The notes: generated by a model not told the origin, from the sequence alone. Positions 17,030-26,111 are shown, numbered from the stretch's first letter. The stretch is 30,644 nt of DNA from a virus (IMGVR_UViG_3300025723_001334:1-30644), one strand, 5' to 3'. Made by a program: numbers and translations.

Positions 17030-17515
17030 ATGGCAAAATTTTATTCAACAAAAACTTATGGCACAGACAGGGGACTCAGTTGCTGTTTCAGACAATGGCG
17101 TGCCACACATAGCCACTGCTCAACACTGCATGGTTATTCAATCGGCATCAAACTCATTTTCGAATGTGATACATTAGATGACAAAAACTGGTGTATGGAC
17201 TTTGGTGGACTTAAAGAATTCAAAGCGTGGGCAGACTACATGTTCGATCATACTTTGGTTATTGCCGAAGATGATCCTCATTTAGATACATTCCAAAAGT
17301 TAAATTCAATTAAAGGCGGATTTAACGATAGCGGAGTATGTGATTTACGTATTGTACCTGCTGTAGGCTGTGAAATGTTTGCCAAAATGGCTTACGACAA
17401 AATGGCTGAACTACTAGCATCAGGCAATATGCGTTATCCAATCAATCCAACAGTTAGAATTAAGTCTGTTGAAGTGTTTGAACATGGTGCCAACTCAGCC
17501 ACATATGAAGGGTAA
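17030..17515 (+). CDS. queD: 6-carboxy-5,6,7,8-tetrahydropterin synthase
   Basis: HCSTLHGYS (CxxxHG), MDFGGLK, FDHT, GCEMFA, VFEHGANSA. Confidence 0.9.
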   Translation: MAKFYSTKTYGTDRGLSCCFRQWRATHSHCSTLHGYSIGIKLIFECDTLDDKNWCMDFGGLKEFKAWADYMFDHTLVIAEDDPHLDTFQKLNSIKGGFNDSGVCDLRIVPAVGCEMFAKMAYDKMAELLASGNMRYPINPTVRIKSVEVFEHGANSATYEG

Positions 17516-17521
17516 TATACA

Positions 17522-17701
17522 GTGCAATATTACCCAGCACTTTTGTTTATATTGCTTTTGTTGATACCACTGTTGTTCATTGGAGCATTATTTTGTGCCA
17601 GTGTATACGACTGGCTGCACTACAGGAAGTATAAAATTTGGACCCTACTAGGGCAGGATTACGCCAGACGCCACCAACCTCGGCGGCCACTGGCAAAATA
17701 A
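17522..17701 (+). CDS. Possible 59-aa membrane protein
   Basis: GTG start; hydrophobic N-terminus (PALLFILLLLIPLLFIGALF) and basic tail. Fills the gap; not in the ORF track. Confidence 0.45.
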   Translation: MQYYPALLFILLLLIPLLFIGALFCASVYDWLHYRKYKIWTLLGQDYARRHQPRRPLAK

Positions 17702-17728
17702 TAAAGAAATTATCAAAGGAAATAGAGA

Positions 17729-18004
17729 ATGAATGACCAAATAATGGAAGCCTTGTGCATATTACAGGAAGAATGTGCCGAAGTTATTCAAGAGATCAGC
17801 AAATGTCGTAGGTTTGGGTTAGATAGCAAAAATACTAATAATGGCATAGTTCATAAAGATCTACTGTCTCAAGAGATTGGCGATGTCATGTGTTTACTGG
17901 ATATATTAGTTGAACAAGGTGTTGTCAGTAGATCTGACGTATTCTTAGCTAGAGATCGCAAAAGAGAAAAACTCAAACAGTGGTCTAATATTTTTAAAGA
18001 TTGA
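17729..18004 (+). CDS. MazG-like nucleotide pyrophosphohydrolase
   Basis: LQEECAEVIQEISK and LSQEIGDV (ExxE...ExxD). Confidence 0.8.
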   Translation: MNDQIMEALCILQEECAEVIQEISKCRRFGLDSKNTNNGIVHKDLLSQEIGDVMCLLDILVEQGVVSRSDVFLARDRKREKLKQWSNIFKD

Positions 18005-18064
18005 AGAAATTTTTAGGATGTGTCCTTTATATAGTAAATAGTTTTAACTGTACAAAGGACAAAC

Positions 18065-18892
18065 ATGGCTAGTACCACTAATGATTACAAAATAGCAGTA
18101 TTATTACCCACTCGTGGCAGAACCACGGCATTAAAACTCAGTATTATCAGTATTTTTAATCGTGCAGCAGATATAGATTCTATACAGATAATCTTAGGAT
18201 TCGACAACGATGACGAAGTCGGATTGAAATATTTTTCCACAGATATACAACCCTGGTTAGAACAAAAAAGTATAAACTATACAGTAATGACATTCGAACC
18301 CATGGGATACGACGGGTTGAACCGATATTACAATGGGTTAGCTGAGCAGGCGTCAGCAAATTGGTTGTTTATCTGGAATGATGATGCATTAATGGAAACT
18401 ACTGGATGGGACAAAGTAGTTAATTCATATACCGGAAATTTTAAATTACTTAAAATGCATGTTCATAATGAACATCCATATTCCATTTTTCCCATTTATC
18501 CAAAAGAATGGTATGATTTGTTTGGATTCGTAGCACGTCATCAAATGATTGATGCTGAACTTAGTCAAATTGGATATATGTTGGATATTGTAGAAATTGT
18601 TAATATCTATGCTACTCATGATAGACATGATTTAACTGGCAATAACGGCGATCTTACTTACAAGAATCGTACAGCATTAGAAGGAAATCCCAGTAACCCA
18701 CTTGATTTTCATCATCGTTCATATATCAATGGCAGAACATTGGATGCCGAAGCTATTTCCAATTACATGTCTTCTCAAGGGCTAGACACTACCTTTTGGC
18801 TTAATGTCAAATTAGGAAAGCAAGATCCTTGGGTAAAACTTAGAGCCAATGATATTAATAAGCAAATGACTCATAGCAAGGCAGCTACGTAA
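18065..18892 (+). CDS. GT-A fold (GT2-like) glycosyltransferase
   Basis: IAVLLPTRGR, GFDNDD, WLFIWNDDALM (xDD). Preceded by TAAATA 18035-40 and AAGGA RBS. Confidence 0.75.
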   Translation: MASTTNDYKIAVLLPTRGRTTALKLSIISIFNRAADIDSIQIILGFDNDDEVGLKYFSTDIQPWLEQKSINYTVMTFEPMGYDGLNRYYNGLAEQASANWLFIWNDDALMETTGWDKVVNSYTGNFKLLKMHVHNEHPYSIFPIYPKEWYDLFGFVARHQMIDAELSQIGYMLDIVEIVNIYATHDRHDLTGNNGDLTYKNRTALEGNPSNPLDFHHRSYINGRTLDAEAISNYMSSQGLDTTFWLNVKLGKQDPWVKLRANDINKQMTHSKAAT

Positions 18893-18952
18893 TCAAATAG
18901 ATTATACTATTAAAATAATAGTATGTAGGCGGTGATAATTAAGGAATAATAA

Positions 18953-19726
18953 ATGAAAATCGGTCTTATAGGTAAAGGTACAGTAGGAACAGCGGTATAC
19001 CGTGGATTGTCAGAACTAGGACACACAATGAGTTTTGTTGATCCAGCATATCCAGAAACAAATTTTGTAGATATTTTAGATACAGATTGTGTTTTTGTAT
19101 GTGTACCAACTGAACAAGCTGGCAATGGAGATTGTGATACTAGCATTGTAGAAAAAGTAATGAGCGATTTAACCCTGGCTAACTACCAAGGGTTAGTTGC
19201 TATTAAAAGTTCTGTTATTCCTGGTACAGCAGATCGATTATCGGCTGAATTTCCAGAATTAAAAATTTGCTCTGTTCCTGAATTTCTTCGTGCCAAAACA
19301 GCATATGATGATTTTGTAAATCATCAAGACTTATTGGTAATTGGTAGCACCCGAGAAGAAGACTATGCTATTATTATAGAAACACACGGACACTATCCTC
19401 AAAATATTGCTCGCGTTAAACCAGTAGAAGCAGAGGTTATTAAATATTTTAACAATGTAAATCACAGTGTACAGATTGTTTTTGCTAACATCGCATTTGA
19501 GATTTGCAAATCACTCGGCGGCGACTACCAAAATGTATATAATGCAATTATTAAACGTGATTGCTTTAATCCAGCATACCTTGATTGTAATGAAAACTTG
19601 AGAGGATTTGGCGGGCATTGTTTACCTAAAGATACTAATGCTTGGAATAATTTAATTAAAGAGCTAGGATTAGAATTTACTATGATTGATGCTGTACTTA
19701 AAGACAATGAGAAATTAATCAAATGA
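18953..19726 (+). CDS. UDP-glucose/GDP-mannose dehydrogenase family (short form)
   Basis: IGKGTVG, FVCVPT, IKSSVIPG, PEFLR, AEVIKY, GFGGHCLPKD. The C-terminal domain is absent. Confidence 0.9.
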   Translation: MKIGLIGKGTVGTAVYRGLSELGHTMSFVDPAYPETNFVDILDTDCVFVCVPTEQAGNGDCDTSIVEKVMSDLTLANYQGLVAIKSSVIPGTADRLSAEFPELKICSVPEFLRAKTAYDDFVNHQDLLVIGSTREEDYAIIIETHGHYPQNIARVKPVEAEVIKYFNNVNHSVQIVFANIAFEICKSLGGDYQNVYNAIIKRDCFNPAYLDCNENLRGFGGHCLPKDTNAWNNLIKELGLEFTMIDAVLKDNEKLIK

Positions 19727-20610
19727 GTAAAATTTTAATTACCGGAGGGGCAGGATTACTGGGACGAGAATTGTGTCGTCAACTTAAGAGCGCAGGAAAT
19801 GAAGTATGGGTTATTGATAATCATTCTAGATCCAGCGGAACTCCTGATTGTGATTTTTTTATGCTTGCAGATTTAGTTGATCCTGCAACTTATAAATCAT
19901 TGCCTACTGATTTTGATTATATCTATCATTATGGTGCTATCAATGGTACTACTAATTTTTACGATAAACCAAATGAAGTATTAAGTAAAAATTTTATTGC
20001 TGATATTAAAACCTTTGAGTTTGCATCTACTTGTCCCAATTTGATTCGATTAGTGTATGCAAGCAGCAGTGAAATACCATCAGGTGAACCTAGCCCAGTT
20101 AGTGAAGTTTTAGATATTAAAATTAATAATATACATAATGCTAGATGGAGCTATCGTTTGGCTAAAATTACCAGCGAGAATTATCTTGCCAATAGTTCAT
20201 TGCCACATGTAATGATTCGATATTACAATGTATATGGCGCAGATGATGGTCCAGGACATTTCCTGCCGGATCAAATTGCCAAAATGAATAAAGGAATATT
20301 TGAAATTATCGGTGGAGATGAAACACGTAGTTTCTGTCATGTCGAAGATGCTATGGCAGCTAGCATTTACTGTGCTGAAAATTCCAATAATGTATTAGTT
20401 AATATTGGTAGCGATACTGAGATTGGTATCGACTATGCTGCTAATGTTATTGCCAATGCATTAGGTCACGCTTCTGTCGTTTGGAAACAGATACCTAGTA
20501 AAGCTGGATCTACTAAAACACGCAGGCCAGATATTAACAAACTACGTTCTATTATGCCTCACTTTAATCCGCGTTCGTTTGAAGAAGGTATTCGGCAAAT
20601 ATTAGGTTGA
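19723..20610 (+). CDS. NAD-dependent nucleotide-sugar epimerase/dehydratase (extended SDR)
   Basis: ITGGAGLLG, YASSSE, YRLAK (YxxxK), RYYNVYG, TRSFCHVED. Confidence 0.9.
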   Translation: MSKILITGGAGLLGRELCRQLKSAGNEVWVIDNHSRSSGTPDCDFFMLADLVDPATYKSLPTDFDYIYHYGAINGTTNFYDKPNEVLSKNFIADIKTFEFASTCPNLIRLVYASSSEIPSGEPSPVSEVLDIKINNIHNARWSYRLAKITSENYLANSSLPHVMIRYYNVYGADDGPGHFLPDQIAKMNKGIFEIIGGDETRSFCHVEDAMAASIYCAENSNNVLVNIGSDTEIGIDYAANVIANALGHASVVWKQIPSKAGSTKTRRPDINKLRSIMPHFNPRSFEEGIRQILG

Positions 20611-20644
20611 TAAATTTTCACGGATAATGTATAATATCTAAATA
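20607..20644 (+). promoter_or_regulatory. Sigma70-type promoter followed by TAAATA motif
   Basis: TTGATA 20607-12, 17 nt, TATAAT 20630-35; TAAATA 20639-44. Confidence 0.65.
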
Positions 20645-20665
20645 CATTATCTTGTGAGAATTCTA

Positions 20666-21214
20666 ATGAAAAAAATATTTATAACTTGGCAGGACGTAGA
20701 GGGCATGTGCCAGGAGATACTTCGTCAAATTCAAAAAGACAAATGGCGTCCAGACTATGTCGTTGGTATTACACGTGGCGGGGTGGTACCAGCCAATCTA
20801 ATCAGTCAATATCTCGAATGTCCAATGGAAACACTTAAAGTTTCTCTACGTAACAATGGTGGATGTGAAACTAATTGTTGGATGGCCGAAGATGCGTTTG
20901 GTTATGTAGGGTCTGCTGGGAGAATAGATGACAGCATTACTGACCGAGCTTTACGTAAAAATATTCTCATCATAGATGATATTAATGATACCGGGGCTAC
21001 CTTAAATTGGATTAAGCAAGACTGGTCAACAAGTTGTTTGCCCAGTCACTCAGCTTGGGATGATATTTGGGGAGATAATGTTCGTGTTGCAACATTATAT
21101 GATAATGAATCGAGTACCAGTAATCTTGATATTAATTACAGTGCTGTTACAATAAACAAAGCTGAAGACGACAGCTGGATTGTATTTCCTTGGGAAAATT
21201 GGTGGGCAAAATGA
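20666..21214 (+). CDS. Type I purine phosphoribosyltransferase (xanthine/guanine PRT-like)
   Basis: ITWQDV, VVGITRGG, PRPP loop ILIIDDINDTGAT, C-terminal WIVFPWE as in Gpt. Confidence 0.88.
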   Translation: MKKIFITWQDVEGMCQEILRQIQKDKWRPDYVVGITRGGVVPANLISQYLECPMETLKVSLRNNGGCETNCWMAEDAFGYVGSAGRIDDSITDRALRKNILIIDDINDTGATLNWIKQDWSTSCLPSHSAWDDIWGDNVRVATLYDNESSTSNLDINYSAVTINKAEDDSWIVFPWENWWAK

Positions 21215-21591
21215 AACATTTTACCATAGACGAATCAAAGCCGTTTGATATAACTATCCGCACTGTTCACAGTAATTTGATGGGTCTGCTAGAAGACCCA
21301 GCAAATCCTACAGCAGAAGATTTGATTAAGATTCTAAAAGTTGGACATCAATCTATTACTGTTGTCGGCAATGATGATAGCCCTGAATTTAAAGCATTAC
21401 GAAATCAATTGGAAGTAGAGGGTTATATTAAGTGTGAACGTGGTTGGTGGAATGGTGACTGTGTATTAAAACCATTTACTTTAAATGGAGTTAAATTTAA
21501 AGTAAATGATAAATTCTGGTGCGGCGCGGCAATGGGAGGACATTTAGAATGGAAAAGAGAATATGAAAACAAGAGAACAAATCATTACTAG
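21211..21591 (+). CDS. Hypothetical protein
   Basis: ATGA-coupled start at 21211. Confidence 0.7.
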   Translation: MKHFTIDESKPFDITIRTVHSNLMGLLEDPANPTAEDLIKILKVGHQSITVVGNDDSPEFKALRNQLEVEGYIKCERGWWNGDCVLKPFTLNGVKFKVNDKFWCGAAMGGHLEWKREYENKRTNHY

Positions 21592-21868
21592 TATGTGCAT
21601 TACCTTTCGTCACGACTATGGGTTAGATAAACCCGATGTTGCAGAGGATGACTACTTTGCTAAGTTTGCCTGTGGAATGACCCATGATGAACGGAAAGTG
21701 TTATGGGATCAAATGGCACAGATATTTGATAACGATATATTACCGCATATGAAGTTTATTAAACCTAAAATGTCCAAAGAAGAACGAGCCAATCGTAAAG
21801 AATTAAATCGATCGCTTGGCTACGGTAGAATTGGGTTTGATACTTGGAAAAGAAATAGCAACAGATAA
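21563..21868 (+). CDS. Hypothetical protein
   Basis: 101-aa ORF in operon context. Confidence 0.7.
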   Translation: MKTREQIITSMCITFRHDYGLDKPDVAEDDYFAKFACGMTHDERKVLWDQMAQIFDNDILPHMKFIKPKMSKEERANRKELNRSLGYGRIGFDTWKRNSNR

Positions 21869-21877
21869 AGGAAAACA

Positions 21878-22732
21878 ATGAGTAAAATTAAAATAAGTGA
21901 ACTCTTCTATTCAATACAGGGAGAGGGAAGATATATGGGAGTACCGTCAATATTTTTAAGAACGTTTGGCTGCAATTTCCGATGCCCCTCTTTTGGATTG
22001 CATCATGGTGAAAAAACTACAGAAGTAGAAGCAGTAATTAAAAATTTATCTAATTATACGCACTACGATGAACTCCCACTCGTGGCATCAGGATGTGATT
22101 CATACGCTGCGGTATATCCAGAATTTAAAGATCTAAGTCCCATGATGGAATCAGACAGCATTGCAGATGATATCATGGATATACTTCCATACAAACAATG
22201 GGGAATGGAACATTTAGTTATCACCGGGGGAGAACCATTATTGGGATGGCAACGTGCATACCCGGACTTGCTAAATAATCCCAACATGAAAGGGTTACGT
22301 GAAATTACATTTGAAACAAATGGTACACAGCCTTTGACTCCTGAATTTAAACAATATTTAAAAAATTGGCAATTGGATGGTCCGGGATTTTCAAGAGAAG
22401 TTACATTTTCTATCAGTGCTAAACTCAGCTGCTCAGGCGAGTTGCGGGAAGATGCAATTAAACCTGAAATTGTACTAGACTATCAGGATACTGGATATGC
22501 TTATCTAAAGTTTGTTATTGCTACGGAAGAAGATGCAGAAGAAGCATTGGCAGTTACACAAATTTATCAAACAGCAGGATTCACAGGTCCAGTTTATCTA
22601 ATGCCCGTCGGAGGCACTACTGATACATATTTTATGAATTCGCAAAAAGTAGCAGAACTAGCCATGGCAAATGGCTTACGATACAGTGCAAGATTGCAAG
22701 TCGATTTATTTAAAAATAAATGGGGAACTTAA
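21878..22732 (+). CDS. queE: 7-carboxy-7-deazaguanine synthase (radical SAM)
   Basis: ELFYSIQGEG, FLRTFGCNFRC...GCDS, VITGGEP, FETNGT, KFVI, YLMP, RLQVDL. Confidence 0.92.
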   Translation: MSKIKISELFYSIQGEGRYMGVPSIFLRTFGCNFRCPSFGLHHGEKTTEVEAVIKNLSNYTHYDELPLVASGCDSYAAVYPEFKDLSPMMESDSIADDIMDILPYKQWGMEHLVITGGEPLLGWQRAYPDLLNNPNMKGLREITFETNGTQPLTPEFKQYLKNWQLDGPGFSREVTFSISAKLSCSGELREDAIKPEIVLDYQDTGYAYLKFVIATEEDAEEALAVTQIYQTAGFTGPVYLMPVGGTTDTYFMNSQKVAELAMANGLRYSARLQVDLFKNKWGT

Positions 22733-22733
22733 T

Positions 22734-23102
22734 ATGTTTGATGTAATTAAAAAATTATTTAAAAAGAAACCTGTAGAACAGGCTCCGATACCGGACAAAA
22801 CTGCCAAAGAATTAGCAACTGAACGTGGCGAAGCGTATGTCAATATTGTCAGTATGGATGTTGATCCTAATGGTATGGGAATGGGCTCTTTTGAATTAGA
22901 TTGGAATGAAAAGTTTATCGCTGATTTAGTTAGGCATGGTTACATGATGGATCAAAATGATACTGATGCCGACATTGTGGATCGTTGGTTTACCAATGTC
23001 TGTCGCAATGTAGTATTGGAAACATTTGAACAATACGAAGCGATGAATAATCGTGTGGTCAAATCTCGAGATGTAGGTGATGGTCGTAGTGAGGTGAGCT
23101 AA
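22734..23102 (+). CDS. Hypothetical protein
   Basis: ATG 22734 just after the queE stop; coupled to the next gene. Confidence 0.75.
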   Translation: MFDVIKKLFKKKPVEQAPIPDKTAKELATERGEAYVNIVSMDVDPNGMGMGSFELDWNEKFIADLVRHGYMMDQNDTDADIVDRWFTNVCRNVVLETFEQYEAMNNRVVKSRDVGDGRSEVS

Positions 23103-23581
23103 TGATATTAGAAAAAATCAAACAACTTAAAGAAAGCGGTAAACGAATAGGAATTACCTTTAGTACCTTTGATCTTGGACCACATGCAGGGCATATTGCC
23201 ATGTTGTCTGAAGCAAAGAATCATTGCGATTATTTAATTTGTGGACTGCAAACTGACCCAACAATAGACCGCCCAGATACAAAGAACAAACCTGTACAAA
23301 GTATTGTTGAACGACAAATTCAATTGGCCGCATGCCGTTATGTAGATGAAGTAGTTGTTTATCAAACAGAACAAGACTTAATTGACTTATTACTAATTCT
23401 TCCAATTGACGTCAGGATACTGGGTGTAGAATATCAGGATAAAGACTTTACTGGGATGGAAGAATGTTATCAGAGAAATATCGATTTGGTATTTAATGGC
23501 CGAGATCATTCATTTAGTTCAAGTAGTTTGCGCAAACGGGTTGTACATGCCGAAACACTTAAGGTACTTAAACAATCATGA
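23102..23581 (+). CDS. Cytidylyltransferase (TagD/RfaE-like HxGH nucleotidyltransferase)
   Basis: FSTFDLGPHAGH, DYLICGL, KPVQSIVER, YVDEV, SSSSLR. Confidence 0.88.
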   Translation: MILEKIKQLKESGKRIGITFSTFDLGPHAGHIAMLSEAKNHCDYLICGLQTDPTIDRPDTKNKPVQSIVERQIQLAACRYVDEVVVYQTEQDLIDLLLILPIDVRILGVEYQDKDFTGMEECYQRNIDLVFNGRDHSFSSSSLRKRVVHAETLKVLKQS

Positions 23582-24141
23582 TTATATATGTAAATGGTAG
23601 CACTCATACAATGGCAGCGGAAGCTGTGACCCCGTTTATTGTGGCTAAAGATGATCCAGAGGTTACACAATTAGGATCGATTCCTCATCCTGATAATTTA
23701 GCAGTCAGCTGGAGTAAAGTATTGAGTCTTAGTCTTAGGGCCGGATTACAATGCAGTGCAGTCGGGGATAATACTATTGATAGAATTATCGACGACACAC
23801 GAAAATGGACTAAGAATCAACGCACCGGTAATATTATAATCATCGAATGGGCAGACATTAACGCAGACGATGAAGAAAAAATTTGGCAATTACACCAAGA
23901 GTTAAATCAACAGCAATTCAAACATATTTTCTTCAATGGTAATACAGCATGCACCAATAGCTCACATGATTGGGGTAGTTCTTATATTACTCCATTTGAT
24001 GTAAATGGCACATATGAACGTAGAATGCAGATTGCAAATTTCGAAACAGTTACCCCTACTTCAAAACATTTCGGACGAGATGGACATGCATTTTGGTCTA
24101 GATTTTTAATAAACTATATCATATCACAAAAATTAGTTTGA
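23578..24141 (+). CDS. Hypothetical protein, degenerate SGNH-like
   Basis: IYVNGSTHT (GDS-like block altered) and C-terminal HFGRDGH. Confidence 0.5.
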   Translation: MIIYVNGSTHTMAAEAVTPFIVAKDDPEVTQLGSIPHPDNLAVSWSKVLSLSLRAGLQCSAVGDNTIDRIIDDTRKWTKNQRTGNIIIIEWADINADDEEKIWQLHQELNQQQFKHIFFNGNTACTNSSHDWGSSYITPFDVNGTYERRMQIANFETVTPTSKHFGRDGHAFWSRFLINYIISQKLV

Positions 24142-24166
24142 CTTATACTCTAAAAAGCATTATACT
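24138..24166 (+). promoter_or_regulatory. Sigma70-type promoter (likely leaderless transcript)
   Basis: TTGACT 24138-43, 17 nt, TATACT 24161-66; ATG 6 nt later with no SD. Confidence 0.7.
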
Positions 24167-24172
24167 TACTAT

Positions 24173-25180
24173 ATGAAATATGTCCTTATAGATACTGCTA
24201 ATCTTTTCTTTCGTGCTAGACACGGTGCTCATCGTGCTGGGGATACTTGGGAAAAGTTAGGATTCGCGTTGCATGTAACACTAATGGCTGCTAATAAAAT
24301 GGCTCGACGTTTTGAAGCTGATCATGTAGTGTTTGCTTTAGAAGGCCGAAGCTGGCGTAAGGACTTTTATAAACCCTACAAAGCCAATCGTACTGTGGCC
24401 AAACAAGCTCTTACTGAATCTGAGCAGGAAGAAGATCAACAGTTTTGGGAAACTTACGACGCCCTAACTACATATTTGTCTGAAAAAACCAACTGTAGTG
24501 TAATTCGATGTCCTACAGCAGAAGGTGACGATATCATAGCTCGCTGGATAGCTCTGCATCCACAAGATGAACATGTCATTATCAGCAGTGATACCGATTT
24601 TGTTCAGTTAGTGGCACAAAATGTCAAACAATATAACGGAATAACTGACGAATTAATTACACTGGAAGGAACCTTTAATGATAAAGGTAAGATTGTTATT
24701 GACAAGAAAACTAAAGAACCTAAAAAAATAGCTAACCCAAAATGGTTACTCTTTGAAAAGTGTATGCGAGGCGATTCAACAGATAACATATTCTCGGCCT
24801 ATCCAGGTGTCAGAGTTAAGGGCACTAAGAACAAGGTTGGACTCATAGAGGCTTATGATGATAAAGATAAAAAAGGGTATGCTTGGAACAATCTAATGTT
24901 GCAACGCTGGACTGATCACGACAATGTAGAACATCGTGTATTGGATGATTATAATCGTAATGTGACTTTAGTGGATTTGACCGCGCAACCTGAAGATGTT
25001 AAACGTGCAATTGACTTTAGCATTCGCGAACAAATTAGTCACAAAGACATAGGACAAGTAGGTGTTAGATTCCTGCAATTTTGTGGCAAGTATGAACTTA
25101 ACAAAGTTAGTGAAAACGCCGAATCATTTGGCAGTTGGATGAATAAAACTTACAGAGGAGTATTAGATGAAATGGTTTGA
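24173..25180 (+). CDS. rnh: T4 RNase H-like 5'-3' exonuclease (FEN family)
   Basis: LIDTANLFFR, WRKDFYKPYKANR, EGDDII, ISSDTDFVQL, RGDSTDNI. Confidence 0.92.
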   Translation: MKYVLIDTANLFFRARHGAHRAGDTWEKLGFALHVTLMAANKMARRFEADHVVFALEGRSWRKDFYKPYKANRTVAKQALTESEQEEDQQFWETYDALTTYLSEKTNCSVIRCPTAEGDDIIARWIALHPQDEHVIISSDTDFVQLVAQNVKQYNGITDELITLEGTFNDKGKIVIDKKTKEPKKIANPKWLLFEKCMRGDSTDNIFSAYPGVRVKGTKNKVGLIEAYDDKDKKGYAWNNLMLQRWTDHDNVEHRVLDDYNRNVTLVDLTAQPEDVKRAIDFSIREQISHKDIGQVGVRFLQFCGKYELNKVSENAESFGSWMNKTYRGVLDEMV

Positions 25181-25646
25181 CAAATATAAAGAAACTAAAA
25201 ACGATTCCTTGCCAGATGATCTCGATGATGCTATTAAACAGATAGAGAACTTTCGACAGATCTATAGCAAAGCAGAAAATGTTGATCAGGATATAGCCAG
25301 TTACGCAAATGGAGGACGAGAATATCCCTTCTTCAAAATTGATCAAATTATTCGTGACTGTTATTTTTTAATTCGTGACAATGCAAGGTTGCGCAGAGAT
25401 AATAAAGAGTTAAAAGGTGTAGTTGATGGAAATGGCGAATACTACGGGATAGCATGGCGGGCAAGTGCGGAAAGATTTAGAGAATGTCAACAGCTAATGG
25501 AAGATGCTACTTCCCGTTTGGCCGCTGAAAAACAAATGTACTTCAATCTCTATGAAAAAAATCGTAAGATTGAAACTGAAGCACGCATGTTAGAACGTGA
25601 AATTGAAATTTTAAAACTTGAAATTGAACGATTAAAAAATGGATAA
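25167..25646 (+). CDS. Hypothetical coiled-coil protein
   Basis: GAGGAG RBS; heptad-like C-terminus. Confidence 0.7.
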   Translation: MKWFDKYKETKNDSLPDDLDDAIKQIENFRQIYSKAENVDQDIASYANGGREYPFFKIDQIIRDCYFLIRDNARLRRDNKELKGVVDGNGEYYGIAWRASAERFRECQQLMEDATSRLAAEKQMYFNLYEKNRKIETEARMLEREIEILKLEIERLKNG

Positions 25647-25812
25647 AACTCTAGTTCTGCTGACATTTCTCATATCTTTGACAGCATTGTGCATCTATCA
25701 ATTTAGTATCAGTGTTGCAGTAGAATATGATTGCCGTATGATGGCAGCAGGATGGCATCCCGATGCTCCTGCAAGAGTAATAAGAGAATGTAGAAAAGGA
25801 ATTGGACAATGA
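25639..25812 (+). CDS. 57-aa membrane-anchored protein
   Basis: MDKTLVLLTFLISLTALCIY...YDC...ECRK. Overlaps both neighbours; not in the ORF track. Confidence 0.65.
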   Translation: MDKTLVLLTFLISLTALCIYQFSISVAVEYDCRMMAAGWHPDAPARVIRECRKGIGQ

Positions 25813-26111
25813 AAGATGATAAAGTAGAAGCCCATAAAACAATATATATTGTAACAGTGCAAGATAACAAAAGTAATGTTTATTGTATGGAGGCATTTTC
25901 CAACCAGAATGTTGCTTTGGATTATGAAAAAGAAATGTTAATAATATATCATGATCTTATGATGAAAGATGGGTGGAGTGTAGGTTTTTCCACACGAATC
26001 TTAGACGTAGAGCATTTAGACTTAGCTACAGAAAAAAATCATATTGATAAGATAAATGATTCCGATTGGGGTAGACGATTTAATACACAGAAATTCGGGG
26101 TTACAAAATGA
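25809..26111 (+). CDS. Hypothetical protein
   Basis: ATGA-coupled. Confidence 0.7.
   Translation: MKDDKVEAHKTIYIVTVQDNKSNVYCMEAFSNQNVALDYEKEMLIIYHDLMMKDGWSVGFSTRILDVEHLDLATEKNHIDKINDSDWGRRFNTQKFGVTK

Noticed and set aside
21878-22732. Anaerobic RNR activase NrdG
   Set aside because: The SIQGEG N-terminus, length and que context fit QueE, and there is no nrdD nearby.
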